A stretch of DNA of 62,651 nt from a virus. Its lineage: Duplodnaviria; Caudoviricetes. The notes beneath the pieces are model-generated. The model was given only the letters and a program-made list of their open reading frames with translations, searched no databases and had not been told where the DNA came from. The stretch is from IMG/VR virus record IMGVR_UViG_3300010396_000012, positions 1 through 62,651 of that record; one strand, given 5' to 3'. The position numbers and the translations under genes are program-made. Below, in pieces: positions 26,291 to 35,529 of the stretch (the first letter of the stretch is position 1; every line of letters begins with the position of its first letter).

Positions 26291-26536
26291 ATGTTCGGAC
26301 TAACCAGAAACCTTACCTTGCGCGTGTTCAAGGACGCCGATGGTGCCAGCGAGGCAGGGTTCAGCAAGGAAGACAAGTACAAGGACGCAAAGCCATTGGA
26401 GATTAATACGGCTGTCGTGGTCAAGAACGGCACCGTAGGCGGTAACTCCACCGTCGATCTGGTCATGGAAGATAAGGACGGAAACAAATACGTGGCAATG
26501 ATTACCGGCACGTTGGTTAAATTGCTACCGCTTTAA
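26291..26536 (+). CDS. Conserved phage hypothetical protein
   Basis: Start refined to MFGLTR after GAGGAG; GT.GG.STVDL...D..G.KYV motif. Confidence 0.75.
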   Translation: MFGLTRNLTLRVFKDADGASEAGFSKEDKYKDAKPLEINTAVVVKNGTVGGNSTVDLVMEDKDGNKYVAMITGTLVKLLPL

Positions 26537-26558
26537 CAACTCACAGTCAAGGTGGACT

Positions 26559-26741
26559 ATGAAACCGAGAATCTACAAAGTTGCTGGCTGGTGGTATTGT
26601 GTACAAATACTTGCCGACCGTGGACTGGCAGGCGTTAGATGTATAGGCCGTGGTCGTAGCGTGAAAACAGCATGGAAGGACTTTGGCCGCAAGTACAACT
26701 GGTACAAGAGGGGTTGTCCGGGGTTGAGGATACGCCCATGA
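26559..26741 (+). CDS. Small basic hypothetical protein
   Basis: MKPRI.K..G.W.C pattern; GGTGGA RBS. Confidence 0.65.
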   Translation: MKPRIYKVAGWWYCVQILADRGLAGVRCIGRGRSVKTAWKDFGRKYNWYKRGCPGLRIRP

Positions 26742-26914
26742 AGAACTGGTCTACCAAAGAATTGAATTGGCTGCTGGACAATAACCATAGGTTCAGCACC
26801 AAAGACCTAGCTCGGAAGTTTAATACTACTGAGCAGGATGTAGCGAAAGCTATTAAACGTGCACTAGGAAGGACGGTAGACGGTAAAGGGAAAAGACGGC
26901 GGTATGGGCATTGA
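26738..26914 (+). CDS. Small HTH protein
   Basis: WS.KE..WL...STKDLARKFNTT...V pattern. Confidence 0.6.
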   Translation: MKNWSTKELNWLLDNNHRFSTKDLARKFNTTEQDVAKAIKRALGRTVDGKGKRRRYGH

Positions 26915-26942
26915 AACACAAGTCACCCAAAGGAGCATGACG

Positions 26943-27125
26943 ATGGCAAAGGGCAAGAAAGGTATGGGCTTCAAAGCAGCGGCAGGTAGTGTCGCCAAGC
27001 GTGAAGGTATGTCGATGAAGTCGGCAAGTGCCGTGATTGCGGCAGGCGCACGCAACGCCAGCGCCGGCGCGAAACGAGCCAACCCGAACCTGAAAAAGGT
27101 CAAGGGTTCACGTAAGCGCGGTTAA
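26943..27125 (+). CDS. Small Lys/Ala-rich basic protein (possibly nucleic-acid binding)
   Basis: GFKA.A..VAK.EG.S...A.A.IA...R.AS..AK.ANP.LKKVKG; AGGAG RBS. Confidence 0.75.
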   Translation: MAKGKKGMGFKAAAGSVAKREGMSMKSASAVIAAGARNASAGAKRANPNLKKVKGSRKRG

Positions 27126-27139
27126 GTTTTACCCAAGTC

Positions 27140-27176
27140 ATGCTCGGCGGCGCACTGCCGCCTAGCATTTATTTTT
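27140..27176 (+). terminator. Intrinsic terminator
   Basis: ATGCT-C-GGCGGC/GCCGCC-T-AGCAT stem followed by TTATTTTT. Confidence 0.7.
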
Positions 27177-27198
27177 CCTGTTACTTGAGGATCACCGC

Positions 27199-27672
27199 TT
27201 GTCTGGCTACATCAAACTCAAGTCGCATTTCAAGACGACGCTTTCGCGTGACGTAAGCGATATGATTCTAGGCGCGCATATCGCTACAGGCGCTACGCGT
27301 ATGGTGTACGCGCATGCGACGCAAAGTGACGCCGTGGTGAAGCTGGAAAACATAGCGAATAGTTTCTGCAACATCTACGAAGAACAGGTTTGGTACCACG
27401 TCAAGGACACGGAGTTTGCGCAGTGGTTCGCGCCGGTCTTGCGTATCAGTCCGAACGGTACCGTGCTGGTCATGCGTCGCACCATGCCTGTGTCCATCAA
27501 TGATCTGCCAAAGCATGTGCCTGCGTTCTTTACCGACCTGAAAGCGGAAAACTTCGGCCGTATGGATGGGCGCATTGTGTGCCATGACTACGGGTTCCAT
27601 CGGTTTATCGAGCGCGGCATGACGAAGAAAATGCGGCTGGCGAACTGGGAAGCGAAAGAGACGAAAGCCTAA
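27199..27672 (+). CDS. Minimal protein-kinase-like enzyme
   Basis: G..I.TG.TR.VY loop, VVK lysine, N..E helix, DLKAEN catalytic loop and DYG. Confidence 0.75.
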   Translation: MSGYIKLKSHFKTTLSRDVSDMILGAHIATGATRMVYAHATQSDAVVKLENIANSFCNIYEEQVWYHVKDTEFAQWFAPVLRISPNGTVLVMRRTMPVSINDLPKHVPAFFTDLKAENFGRMDGRIVCHDYGFHRFIERGMTKKMRLANWEAKETKA

Positions 27673-28238
27673 TGCCTATTTACACAACAGGGAACGTCAT
27701 CAAACGCGGGGAAATGTGGTGCGATGACGCCGACGAGATTACACAGAATGCACTTGAGTCAGCCGGGTACGACTGGAACAGTGAATGGCCGATCCAATTT
27801 GGATTGGATACCTGCGGACTAGGCAATGCGTTGCTGGCGTTAGGCGCACCGTTACCACGGTACAAAGTCAAGGCCCGCGAAGTAGAAATTAAGTATCTGA
27901 AATACCTATACGACGTGGCCGTGCAGATCGCGTGTCGTCATGGCTTCACGATAACCGATACCAAGGCGTGGCTGGATCGAGAGGATCGTCAAGTAAGTTG
28001 TCTGGCCTATGCCAAGATGTGGATCGAAATCAAGCAGTGTGCCGAGAATACAGGCATGGAGCAATTAGCTTCTGCCATGACGCTGATCTACAGCGCCGAC
28101 AAGAGTTACATGCTACGCAATGTCATGGCAACACGGTATCTCGCCACCGGCCAACGATTACTCGAAGGCGAAGCAGCGTCACACGAAACCATCAGTAATC
28201 TTAAAGATTACCTACGGAAGGAACTGGATAATGTCTGA
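27672..28238 (+). CDS. Hypothetical protein
   Basis: 188 aa, TAATG coupling. Confidence 0.7.
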   Translation: MPIYTTGNVIKRGEMWCDDADEITQNALESAGYDWNSEWPIQFGLDTCGLGNALLALGAPLPRYKVKAREVEIKYLKYLYDVAVQIACRHGFTITDTKAWLDREDRQVSCLAYAKMWIEIKQCAENTGMEQLASAMTLIYSADKSYMLRNVMATRYLATGQRLLEGEAASHETISNLKDYLRKELDNV

Positions 28239-28650
28239 ACACAAACACGTCAACACACGTTACTGGAAACGCACTGAGCTGGACAGTACCGTCGTGTACT
28301 TTTTCACCGAGTCGAATGCAGCGCATGCCCGCGCCGAGGACGATAGCCGCGCCGAGGAAATCGAGCAGGCCGAGTACACGGCCAACGTGCCCGAGGAAGC
28401 GCGCCAGAAGCCCTACGATGCGACGAACGGCAAAGCCGTCACCGGGGTAGCGGCCCAAGGGGCTGCCGCCGTGATCGAGTCCTACAAGGCCCGCTGCGCG
28501 GCGCAGATGATCGGTGCCCACCAACAGATCATCCAACTGCTACTGAACGCCGACATCACTCATGCCGAGCGTGTGTTCATCCTTGAAATGGTCAAGGCGG
28601 AACTGGTGCAGTCGATGTTGTCCCCCGTCCCCCAACAGCCAGTGCACTGA
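28231..28650 (+). CDS. Hypothetical protein
   Basis: Start refined to MSEHKH. Confidence 0.7.
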   Translation: MSEHKHVNTRYWKRTELDSTVVYFFTESNAAHARAEDDSRAEEIEQAEYTANVPEEARQKPYDATNGKAVTGVAAQGAAAVIESYKARCAAQMIGAHQQIIQLLLNADITHAERVFILEMVKAELVQSMLSPVPQQPVH

Positions 28651-28657
28651 GGTAGTC

Positions 28658-28918
28658 ATGTCACCCAACCGTGCTTTCCGAGAGAGTCGCGAGCGCTTTT
28701 TGCATGTCAGCGCTCCCCTGATCCCCAACCCCGCAAGGCAGATTGAGATTGCGTTGAAGGGTCACTCCATTCTTCCCGAGATAGTTGTCGGCCACCGTGT
28801 CACGTTCTGCAAAAAGATCAATCAGCGTAAACGCCAGCGTGCAGAAATGTACGGCACGTCTTACCAACGTCGTCTGGCGCAGCCAACTGTCCGCATGGTA
28901 GGAGCAATGACCCCATGA
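28658..28918 (+). CDS. Basic hypothetical protein
   Basis: Start refined to MSPNRA after GAGG. Confidence 0.6.
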   Translation: MSPNRAFRESRERFLHVSAPLIPNPARQIEIALKGHSILPEIVVGHRVTFCKKINQRKRQRAEMYGTSYQRRLAQPTVRMVGAMTP

Positions 28919-29457
28919 GTAAAGACCTTTCCATCGACATCGAGACGCTAGGCGTCAACTCCAACGCGCCGGTACTGTCCATCGGTTACTGCTGGTTCAA
29001 CTACGACAAGCCGGAGATTGAGCCGACCGGCAAAGGTCACACCGCGTTCGACATCAACGAGCAGACCCGCAAGTACGGTCGTGTGATCCACGCTGATACC
29101 GTGAAGTGGTGGTTCAACCAGTCGGACAGTGCCCGCAGCGCCGTGTTCCCAGCCAACCAGAGCAGCTTCCCCGGTTTCATTGAACGACTGACCGCCATGC
29201 TGAATGCGGCGGATCAAGTGTGGGCGAAAGGGCCGGACTTCGACTGCGTGATCTTGAAGGACTTGGTAGAAGCATGCGGTCACGACTACAAGTGGCCGTT
29301 CTGGAAGCACCGTTGCGTGCGTACGATGACCGAGTTGTTTCCGAGTATCATTACCGATGTACGTATGTCGGGTAATGCCCACAATGCGCTGGACGACGCG
29401 GTGCACCAAGCCAACCAGATTCGCGCCATCGCACAAGCACTGGGTCGAGGCGTGTAA
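28915..29457 (+). CDS. DEDDh 3'-5' exonuclease (RNase AS/exonuclease VIII-like)
   Basis: DIET, G.DFD and HNALDDA motifs. Confidence 0.88.
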   Translation: MSKDLSIDIETLGVNSNAPVLSIGYCWFNYDKPEIEPTGKGHTAFDINEQTRKYGRVIHADTVKWWFNQSDSARSAVFPANQSSFPGFIERLTAMLNAADQVWAKGPDFDCVILKDLVEACGHDYKWPFWKHRCVRTMTELFPSIITDVRMSGNAHNALDDAVHQANQIRAIAQALGRGV

Positions 29458-29465
29458 TTACCGTT

Positions 29466-29501
29466 CAGTCAAGGACTGACTGGACTCACCGTAGTAAGGA
29501 G
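29466..29501 (+). promoter_or_regulatory. Putative CsrA-binding leader of csrA (autoregulation)
   Basis: CAGTCA-AGGAC-TGACTG hairpin with GGA in the loop, plus a TGGA and the AAGGAG Shine-Dalgarno. Confidence 0.55.
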
Positions 29502-29507
29502 AGATAT

Positions 29508-29693
29508 ATGCTTGTAATGACGCACCGACAGGGCGATAAAGTATACATCGGCAACGATGGCGAAATCGTCGTCGAGGTACTGGAAGTGCATGGTGGTAAG
29601 GTGAAGCTTGGGTTCCACGCACCCAAGGACATCCCCATTGTTCGAGACAAGGTTAAGGAGCGCGACCATGGCAATACGCCTGAAAGCAATTGA
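29508..29693 (+). CDS. csrA: Carbon storage regulator CsrA/RsmA-like RNA-binding protein
   Basis: MLVMTHRQGDKVYIG...V.VLEV.G.KVKLGF.AP.DI.I.R aligns by eye with CsrA, including the RNA-binding Arg. Confidence 0.88.
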   Translation: MLVMTHRQGDKVYIGNDGEIVVEVLEVHGGKVKLGFHAPKDIPIVRDKVKERDHGNTPESN

Positions 29694-30354
29694 GGAATGC
29701 CGGCTGGAATTAATTGCAGCTACGCAAGGTGTTCCACCGCTGCCGTGCCATATGGACAACATGCCTGTGCATGCGGCCCGTGTCAGTTTCGGCAAAGAGG
29801 AAGACGTACGCAGTGAGTCCGAGGATGCGCGACTCATGAACTATCTTGCCCAACACGATCATCTGACACCGTTCGAGTATCAGCATGCGACATTCATGAT
29901 TGAGTGTCCACTGTTTATTCGCAGCCAGATTCATCGCCACCGTACATTCAGCTTCAATGAAATCAGCCGGCGTTACACGTCCGATGAAATCGAGTTCTGG
30001 AAACCGACGACATGGCGCGGTCAAGCGGAGAAAAACAAGCAGGGTAGTGAAGGTGAAATACGGCCGCTGATAGCAGAGTCGCTATTCAAAAGCCACGAAG
30101 CCCACTGCCAGATAGCAGTGAATGCGTACGAGACAGCTTTGAACGCTGGCGTAGCGCGTGAGCAAGCCCGAGCGATCCTTCCCCAGTCGCTACTGACCCG
30201 GTTCTATATGGGCGGTAACCTGCGTAACTGGGTGCACTTCCTCAAGCTACGTCTGGACGAGCATGCCCAATACGAAGTGCGTGTGATCGCACAGCGTATC
30301 CACAAGCAGCTTGCTATTCTATGGCCCAACTCACTAGAGGCGTTGATGAAATGA
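29668..30354 (+). CDS. thyX: FAD-dependent thymidylate synthase
   Basis: AARVS, H.TPFE, RHRTFSFNEISRRY signature, REQAR.ILP and AQYEVR. Confidence 0.95.
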   Translation: MAIRLKAIEECRLELIAATQGVPPLPCHMDNMPVHAARVSFGKEEDVRSESEDARLMNYLAQHDHLTPFEYQHATFMIECPLFIRSQIHRHRTFSFNEISRRYTSDEIEFWKPTTWRGQAEKNKQGSEGEIRPLIAESLFKSHEAHCQIAVNAYETALNAGVAREQARAILPQSLLTRFYMGGNLRNWVHFLKLRLDEHAQYEVRVIAQRIHKQLAILWPNSLEALMK

Positions 30355-30890
30355 GCGATGCAGTCGAGTCTCCGCAGCATTACACCCAAGGCTACATCGA
30401 GTCGATCTACGCCATTAAACAGATACTCGGCAATGAAGGTTTCAAAGCCTTCTGCATGGGTAACTTCCTCAAGTACAAGCAGCGCGCCGATTACAAGAAT
30501 GGCGAGGAAGACTTGAAGAAAGCTGCCATCTATCTGGACTGGGCCGTCAATGGGTTGCCCGCACCCGTGAACAACATGGTGCCTAAGAAAGACCGTGCGC
30601 CCGTAGAGCCGAAGCTGAGCGGAAGTATCAGCGCCGTCCTACAGCACGAACTTGATATTCTTGCGCCCAACGTGTGGTGCGTGGATGCCGTACAGGTCTT
30701 CCCACTTAGCGATGGCTGGCGGCGCATATCAGCCGTAATTAGCTACGCACAAGCCAATAATAACCCCGACAAGTTCGAGCTTCGGCCGGTACTGCAGCGT
30801 GTCCATGAAGGTGCACGCTACGCTGAAATAGTGTTTGACTTGATCGAGGAAGCCAAGAAGATTCACCGCGATGGGCCGTGGAAAGCGTGA
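30351..30890 (+). CDS. DUF3310 (T7 gp1.7/SaV-like) domain protein with C-terminal extension
   Basis: V.SP.HY..G.IE.I...GN.LKY..R...KNG.EDL.KA..YL. Confidence 0.8.
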   Translation: MSDAVESPQHYTQGYIESIYAIKQILGNEGFKAFCMGNFLKYKQRADYKNGEEDLKKAAIYLDWAVNGLPAPVNNMVPKKDRAPVEPKLSGSISAVLQHELDILAPNVWCVDAVQVFPLSDGWRRISAVISYAQANNNPDKFELRPVLQRVHEGARYAEIVFDLIEEAKKIHRDGPWKA

Positions 30891-32869
30891 AGTTCATAAC
30901 ACTAGACTTCGAGACCTATTACGGGGACGGATATAGTCTTAGCTTAAAGAACGTCACGACGGAAAGCTATATCCGTGACCCGCAATTCCTCGTCCATGGG
31001 ATGGGTGTCAAGATCGGGGAAAGCCCTTCCCGCTGGGTGCCGCGTGCCTACATCCCCGCTGCACTGGAAAAGCTACAGCTTCACAAGCACGCGCTGGTAG
31101 GACATAACTTACAGTTTGACGGTTCCATTCTCGGCTGGCATTACGGAGTCTACCCCAAGCTATACGTTGACACCCTTGCGCTGAGTCGCGCATTGGTCGG
31201 CCCGCACTCTATTCGTCATGGTCTTAAATACGCTGCGCAGATTATGTGCGGCATGACCAAGATGGATGAACTTTCCAAGTCCTATAATTTGCGCGAACTA
31301 CCAACGCACATTATGGAACGGATTATCGACTACTGCATTGGCGCACCGCGCTGGGTCGAAGGTAATCCCGATGCCAAAGATTCATTCTGCCAGACCGGCC
31401 ATTGGCAGGCAGGCGATACCGAACTGACATGGGCGCTGGCAAAGAAACTTCTGCCGCATTTCCCGAAAGAGGAATTGCCGTCACTGGACTGGACGATACG
31501 AGCGTTCACCGATCCCACGTTGTTGCTGGACACGGATCGACTCGCGGCATACCAAGAGGAATTGAAGCAGGCGAAGGTGGATGCGTTGGAACGTGCGGGG
31601 TTACTCGACCGTACTATTCTGATGTCGAATCCGAAGTTCGCCGAAGCACTGGAATACTACGGCGTTGAACCGCCGACCAAAGTTAACAAGAAAGGTAAGG
31701 TCACCTATGCCTTCGCCAAGACGGACGAGGGATTAAAGGAATTACTTGAACATGAGAACCCCGACGTACAAGCGCTGGTCGCCGCCCGCTTGGAACATAA
31801 GTCAACGATTGAGGAAACCCGGTCTGCATTATACCATGCTGCATCAACGCGCGGTGCTTGGCCTGTGGGCTATAACTACGCGGGGGCACAGGTCACGCAA
31901 CGGTATTCGGGAAACAAAGGTGGCGGCGGAAATCCGCAAAACCTTAAACGCGGGGGTACACTACGCAAGTGCATCTATGCGCCAGAACCGTATTTGCTCG
32001 GCGTTGCCGATCTATCGCAGATCGAGGCACGTATTACGCTCTGGCTCGGAATGCAGATTACCGGAGCTACTGGGGAAGAAGCCAACGCGCTCAAGATCAT
32101 GGGCGAAGGTGGGGATATTTATGGGTGGTTCGGTACACGTATTTACGGTAAACCGATCAATAAATACGAAACGCCACTGGAACGGCAAGTCAGTAAGTCG
32201 GCCGTACTTGGACTCGGTTTCGGCATGGGCGCGGGACGGTTCATCGAATACTGCAAGCAGAGTGGTATCCACGGAATCACTCCTGAGTTCGCCGAGTTTA
32301 TCGTCCACTTGTATCGAGACACCTTCGTTGGTGTGACAAAGTTTTGGCGGCAGGCGACTCGCGCCATCGACGCCATGCTACGTGGTATGGTAGGATACGA
32401 GTTACCGCAAGTTAATCCCATTGTCGTCACAGCACTCGACCCGATATTTAATCAGCCGGCGATTCGACTCCCGAATAACCTGTATATTAAATACCCCGGA
32501 CTGAACAAGGACGGTAATGGCGAAGTCAGCTATCTCGACGGCGCGAAGTTCGTCAAGCTGTTTGGTGGCAAGACCACTGAGAATATCGTGCAGGCCGTAG
32601 CCGCTTTGGTTATGCGGATGCAGAAGACCGAGTTGAATAAGTTCTACCGTGTGGTGATGACCACGCACGACGAATTGGTTTGCTTGATCCCCGAGTCCGA
32701 TGGCGACACGCACGAGTTCAACGAGAAAAAGCAACGCTGGGAGAAAACGGCCGATGGCGTGTTCAGCAAGAAAGCCATTGAGATAATGACCAAGCCAGTC
32801 AGCTTCCTGCCCGGTCTTCCCATCGGTATTGAGAGCGACACCGCTTACACGTATGGGGATGCGAAATGA
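30878..32869 (+). CDS. Family A DNA polymerase with 3'-5' exonuclease
   Basis: Exo LDFET and HN..FD; motif A DLSQIEAR; motif B RQVSKSAVLGLGFG; motif C THDE. Confidence 0.95.
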   Translation: MESVKFITLDFETYYGDGYSLSLKNVTTESYIRDPQFLVHGMGVKIGESPSRWVPRAYIPAALEKLQLHKHALVGHNLQFDGSILGWHYGVYPKLYVDTLALSRALVGPHSIRHGLKYAAQIMCGMTKMDELSKSYNLRELPTHIMERIIDYCIGAPRWVEGNPDAKDSFCQTGHWQAGDTELTWALAKKLLPHFPKEELPSLDWTIRAFTDPTLLLDTDRLAAYQEELKQAKVDALERAGLLDRTILMSNPKFAEALEYYGVEPPTKVNKKGKVTYAFAKTDEGLKELLEHENPDVQALVAARLEHKSTIEETRSALYHAASTRGAWPVGYNYAGAQVTQRYSGNKGGGGNPQNLKRGGTLRKCIYAPEPYLLGVADLSQIEARITLWLGMQITGATGEEANALKIMGEGGDIYGWFGTRIYGKPINKYETPLERQVSKSAVLGLGFGMGAGRFIEYCKQSGIHGITPEFAEFIVHLYRDTFVGVTKFWRQATRAIDAMLRGMVGYELPQVNPIVVTALDPIFNQPAIRLPNNLYIKYPGLNKDGNGEVSYLDGAKFVKLFGGKTTENIVQAVAALVMRMQKTELNKFYRVVMTTHDELVCLIPESDGDTHEFNEKKQRWEKTADGVFSKKAIEIMTKPVSFLPGLPIGIESDTAYTYGDAK

Positions 32870-33228
32870 GTAATTATCCTGACAACATACCCTTAGAGGG
32901 ACGAGCCATGAGTGAAGATGTCGAAAGCAAGCGTGATGATGTAGAGACCAACCCGAAGGCGTTGGCTGCCATCGCCAAAGCACAGAAGATCGGCGAGGCT
33001 ATTGCCAAGAAGTTTCCCAAGCACACGCTGTTCGTACGGCGTCACGATCTTGGAGACGATGGTGGTTTCGTGGAGATTGCTTTGCGTCCGGATGGCGGCG
33101 GATATAATCAGGAAATCCATACCGCTTATAGCGACGAGTATTTCCTGAACGCCAATGGAGACGAACTCAATGCTCGCGCCAAACGAATCTACAACGACTT
33201 CAAAGTCCACTTCGGAATCCAAGACTAA
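32866..33228 (+). CDS. Hypothetical protein (apparent paralog of the next gene)
   Basis: 120 aa; an alternative start at 32908 follows GAGGG. Confidence 0.65.
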   Translation: MSNYPDNIPLEGRAMSEDVESKRDDVETNPKALAAIAKAQKIGEAIAKKFPKHTLFVRRHDLGDDGGFVEIALRPDGGGYNQEIHTAYSDEYFLNANGDELNARAKRIYNDFKVHFGIQD

Positions 33229-33508
33229 AAACGCTATCAAGGTAGCCTACGTTCTGCAGAAGAAACTAGGTGGCTTTATTTCGTTAGGTCGGTTTCCGTT
33301 GGCGAATGGCCGAATGGGATTCTCATTTAGCCGAGACGGAGTTAACTACGACGGTTTTGGAGAGTCATTCTTTGACGGTAATCTGTCGGTAGTCGCACAG
33401 CGTATTTACCAAGGGTGGAAGGATGGAACTGAAAAAAGTCATGCTGGCGGTAAAGGCAAAGGAGTTCGACACTCTACGGTATCCACTACTCGCCAGTACG
33501 AAGATTGA
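33170..33508 (+). CDS. Hypothetical protein (apparent paralog of the previous gene)
   Basis: Shares A.K......KK, DG..Y and A.RIY..(F/W)K; GGAG before ATG 33170; start uncertain. Confidence 0.5.
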   Translation: MLAPNESTTTSKSTSESKTKNAIKVAYVLQKKLGGFISLGRFPLANGRMGFSFSRDGVNYDGFGESFFDGNLSVVAQRIYQGWKDGTEKSHAGGKGKGVRHSTVSTTRQYED

Positions 33509-34310
33509 CGGCGTACGTGGAACTGTAAAAGGCGAGGCGCTTTTGTCCCGCACCATGACGCCGATCCCCAATCGCTACACCCAAAGCCTGTTCAGTCATC
33601 CGCTGTTCGCAGGGCTGGATGGTGAGCTAGTAGTGGGCGAACCGAATCATCCGAACTGCATGCAGAACACCATGAGTGGCGTGATGTCGCAGGACGGCGA
33701 GCCGGACGTTAAGTGGTACGTGTTCGATGACTGGACGGTCGATAAGCCTTACGCGCACCGTGCGCGGATCGCCAAGGAGCGAATACAGGAGATTGATGAC
33801 TCACGTTTGATCTGGCTGCCGCAGGTACCGATCTACAATGTAGAGCAGCTTTTTGCCTATGAGGAAAAGTGCGTCGCGGACGGTTATGAAGGCGTGATTC
33901 TCCGGGCACCAGATGGCCCGTACAAGCAGAACCGCAGCACCGTGCGCGAAGGCTACATGCTCAAGGTCAAACGCTTTGAAGACTCTGAGGCGGAGATTCT
34001 TGACTGCTACGAAATGCAGCACAACGACAACGAAGCCACGATAGACGCACGCGGCCATACCAAGCGCGCGACGAACCAAGAGAATAAACGCGCAGCGGGT
34101 GTACTGGGTGGGTTTAATCTGCGCGACATTTATACCGGCGTAGAGTTCGATTTGGGTACTGGCTTCACTGCTGAGCAACGAAAGAACCTGTGGGAAGGCC
34201 GACGCTATCTAAAAGGAAAACTGGTGAAGTATAAGCACTTCCCCATTGGTGTGGTAGAGAAACCCCGTCACCCTATCTTTCTAGGGTTTCGGGATAAGCG
34301 TGACATTTAA
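33423..34310 (+). CDS. ATP-dependent DNA ligase
   Basis: KIDG, LDGEL, EGVILR, LKVK, GTGF and RHP.F motifs. Confidence 0.93.
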   Translation: MELKKVMLAVKAKEFDTLRYPLLASTKIDGVRGTVKGEALLSRTMTPIPNRYTQSLFSHPLFAGLDGELVVGEPNHPNCMQNTMSGVMSQDGEPDVKWYVFDDWTVDKPYAHRARIAKERIQEIDDSRLIWLPQVPIYNVEQLFAYEEKCVADGYEGVILRAPDGPYKQNRSTVREGYMLKVKRFEDSEAEILDCYEMQHNDNEATIDARGHTKRATNQENKRAAGVLGGFNLRDIYTGVEFDLGTGFTAEQRKNLWEGRRYLKGKLVKYKHFPIGVVEKPRHPIFLGFRDKRDI

Positions 34311-34325
34311 TCAAGGAGATTTACC

Positions 34326-34487
34326 ATGGCGTATATCAAGTATCGTGGTGCGAAGCATGTTCCCGTCAAGATCGTGGGGAAGGTGAAGCGCGACGGCAAG
34401 ATTATGGACAAGGTAAAGACTACCAAGAAACTGCCGAATCGAAAGAAAGGTTCCGTGGACTATCGTTCCCCGAACAAGGTTTACTAA
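34326..34487 (+). CDS. Small Lys-rich protein (53 aa), absent from the ORF track
   Basis: MAYIKYRGAKHVPVKIVGKVKRDGK...; AAGGAG RBS. Confidence 0.7.
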   Translation: MAYIKYRGAKHVPVKIVGKVKRDGKIMDKVKTTKKLPNRKKGSVDYRSPNKVY

Positions 34488-34496
34488 GGACAGATC

Positions 34497-34871
34497 ATGA
34501 CGGCCCTAATGAACACCAAACATTTAAGCCGTCGCGTCGAGAACGGACTCGCTGAATTGCTAAGCCATTTCGGACGTAGCATCGGTAGATTCGATGTGAG
34601 CTACGATGTGGTAAGGGATTGCATGCGACTTCGCGCGATAATTAATCTGCCGTGGGGCGAGCAGACTCAGGTTAACGCAGAAGTATGGACGCTTGAGTTA
34701 ACAAGTCATGATGCCGACGGCATTATCAATAAGATAGTGCTTGAGTTATTCCGGCGTGCCGTGGATGAAGCGGACATTAAGGAAGAAGTAGCCAACGAGA
34801 GCCTTCCGCCCGAAGTGCTCGATATATTTGAAAGGATAACTCATGTCGCTAATACCATGGTCGTTCAGTAG
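34497..34871 (+). CDS. Hypothetical protein
   Basis: 124 aa, AAGGA RBS. Confidence 0.7.
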   Translation: MTALMNTKHLSRRVENGLAELLSHFGRSIGRFDVSYDVVRDCMRLRAIINLPWGEQTQVNAEVWTLELTSHDADGIINKIVLELFRRAVDEADIKEEVANESLPPEVLDIFERITHVANTMVVQ

Positions 34872-35529
34872 TTGGTCGGCGTACCAGACTTGCCCACGTC
34901 AGTTCTACGAAATGCGTGTGGCGAAGAACTTCCGAGAACCTAAGTCAAAGCAGATTATTTGGGGTGAGGAAGTCCATACCGCACTCGAAGATAATATCAA
35001 AGAGAGCAAACCCATCCCCGAGTCGATGGCTCACTTCTCGCCTGTGGTGGAGCGTATCCTTGAAGCCCCCGGAGATAACTACGCCGAACTGGAACTAGCG
35101 TGCGATGTCAATCTGCATCCAGTGGGGTTTTGGGACGACGACGCATGGGTGCGTGGCAAGGGTGATCTAGTCAAGATCAATGGCGCTAAAGGTATCGCGT
35201 TTGACTGGAAGACAGGTAAGAAAAAGCCGAACAGTCTGCAGCTAGATTTAATGAGCGTATTGTCGTTCGCCAAGTTCCCTGACCTTGAGGAATTATCGAC
35301 GTGCTTTGTGTGGTTCCAAGACCCGACGCGGCCGACCATTAAAAAGTACCATCGCGACCGTGCGCCGGCTTTGCTGGATCAGTTCATGCAGGGTGTCGAT
35401 GACATGATCTGGTCTCAAGAACATGATGTGTGGCCGGAGAAACCTTCGGGGCTATGCCGACCCAATCCACGTACAGGGTTTGCGGGCTGTCCTGTGACAA
35501 CATGCCCGCATAATGGACGACGCAAATGA
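34843..35529 (+). CDS. PD-(D/E)XK (Cas4/RecB-like) exonuclease
   Basis: WSFS...CP, G..VH..LE, RG..D, DWKTGK and C-terminal Cys cluster. Confidence 0.85.
   Translation: MSLIPWSFSSWSAYQTCPRQFYEMRVAKNFREPKSKQIIWGEEVHTALEDNIKESKPIPESMAHFSPVVERILEAPGDNYAELELACDVNLHPVGFWDDDAWVRGKGDLVKINGAKGIAFDWKTGKKKPNSLQLDLMSVLSFAKFPDLEELSTCFVWFQDPTRPTIKKYHRDRAPALLDQFMQGVDDMIWSQEHDVWPEKPSGLCRPNPRTGFAGCPVTTCPHNGRRK

Noticed and set aside
34843-35529. Cas4 as evidence of a CRISPR system
   Set aside because: Stand-alone PD-(D/E)XK exonucleases are routine in phage replication modules
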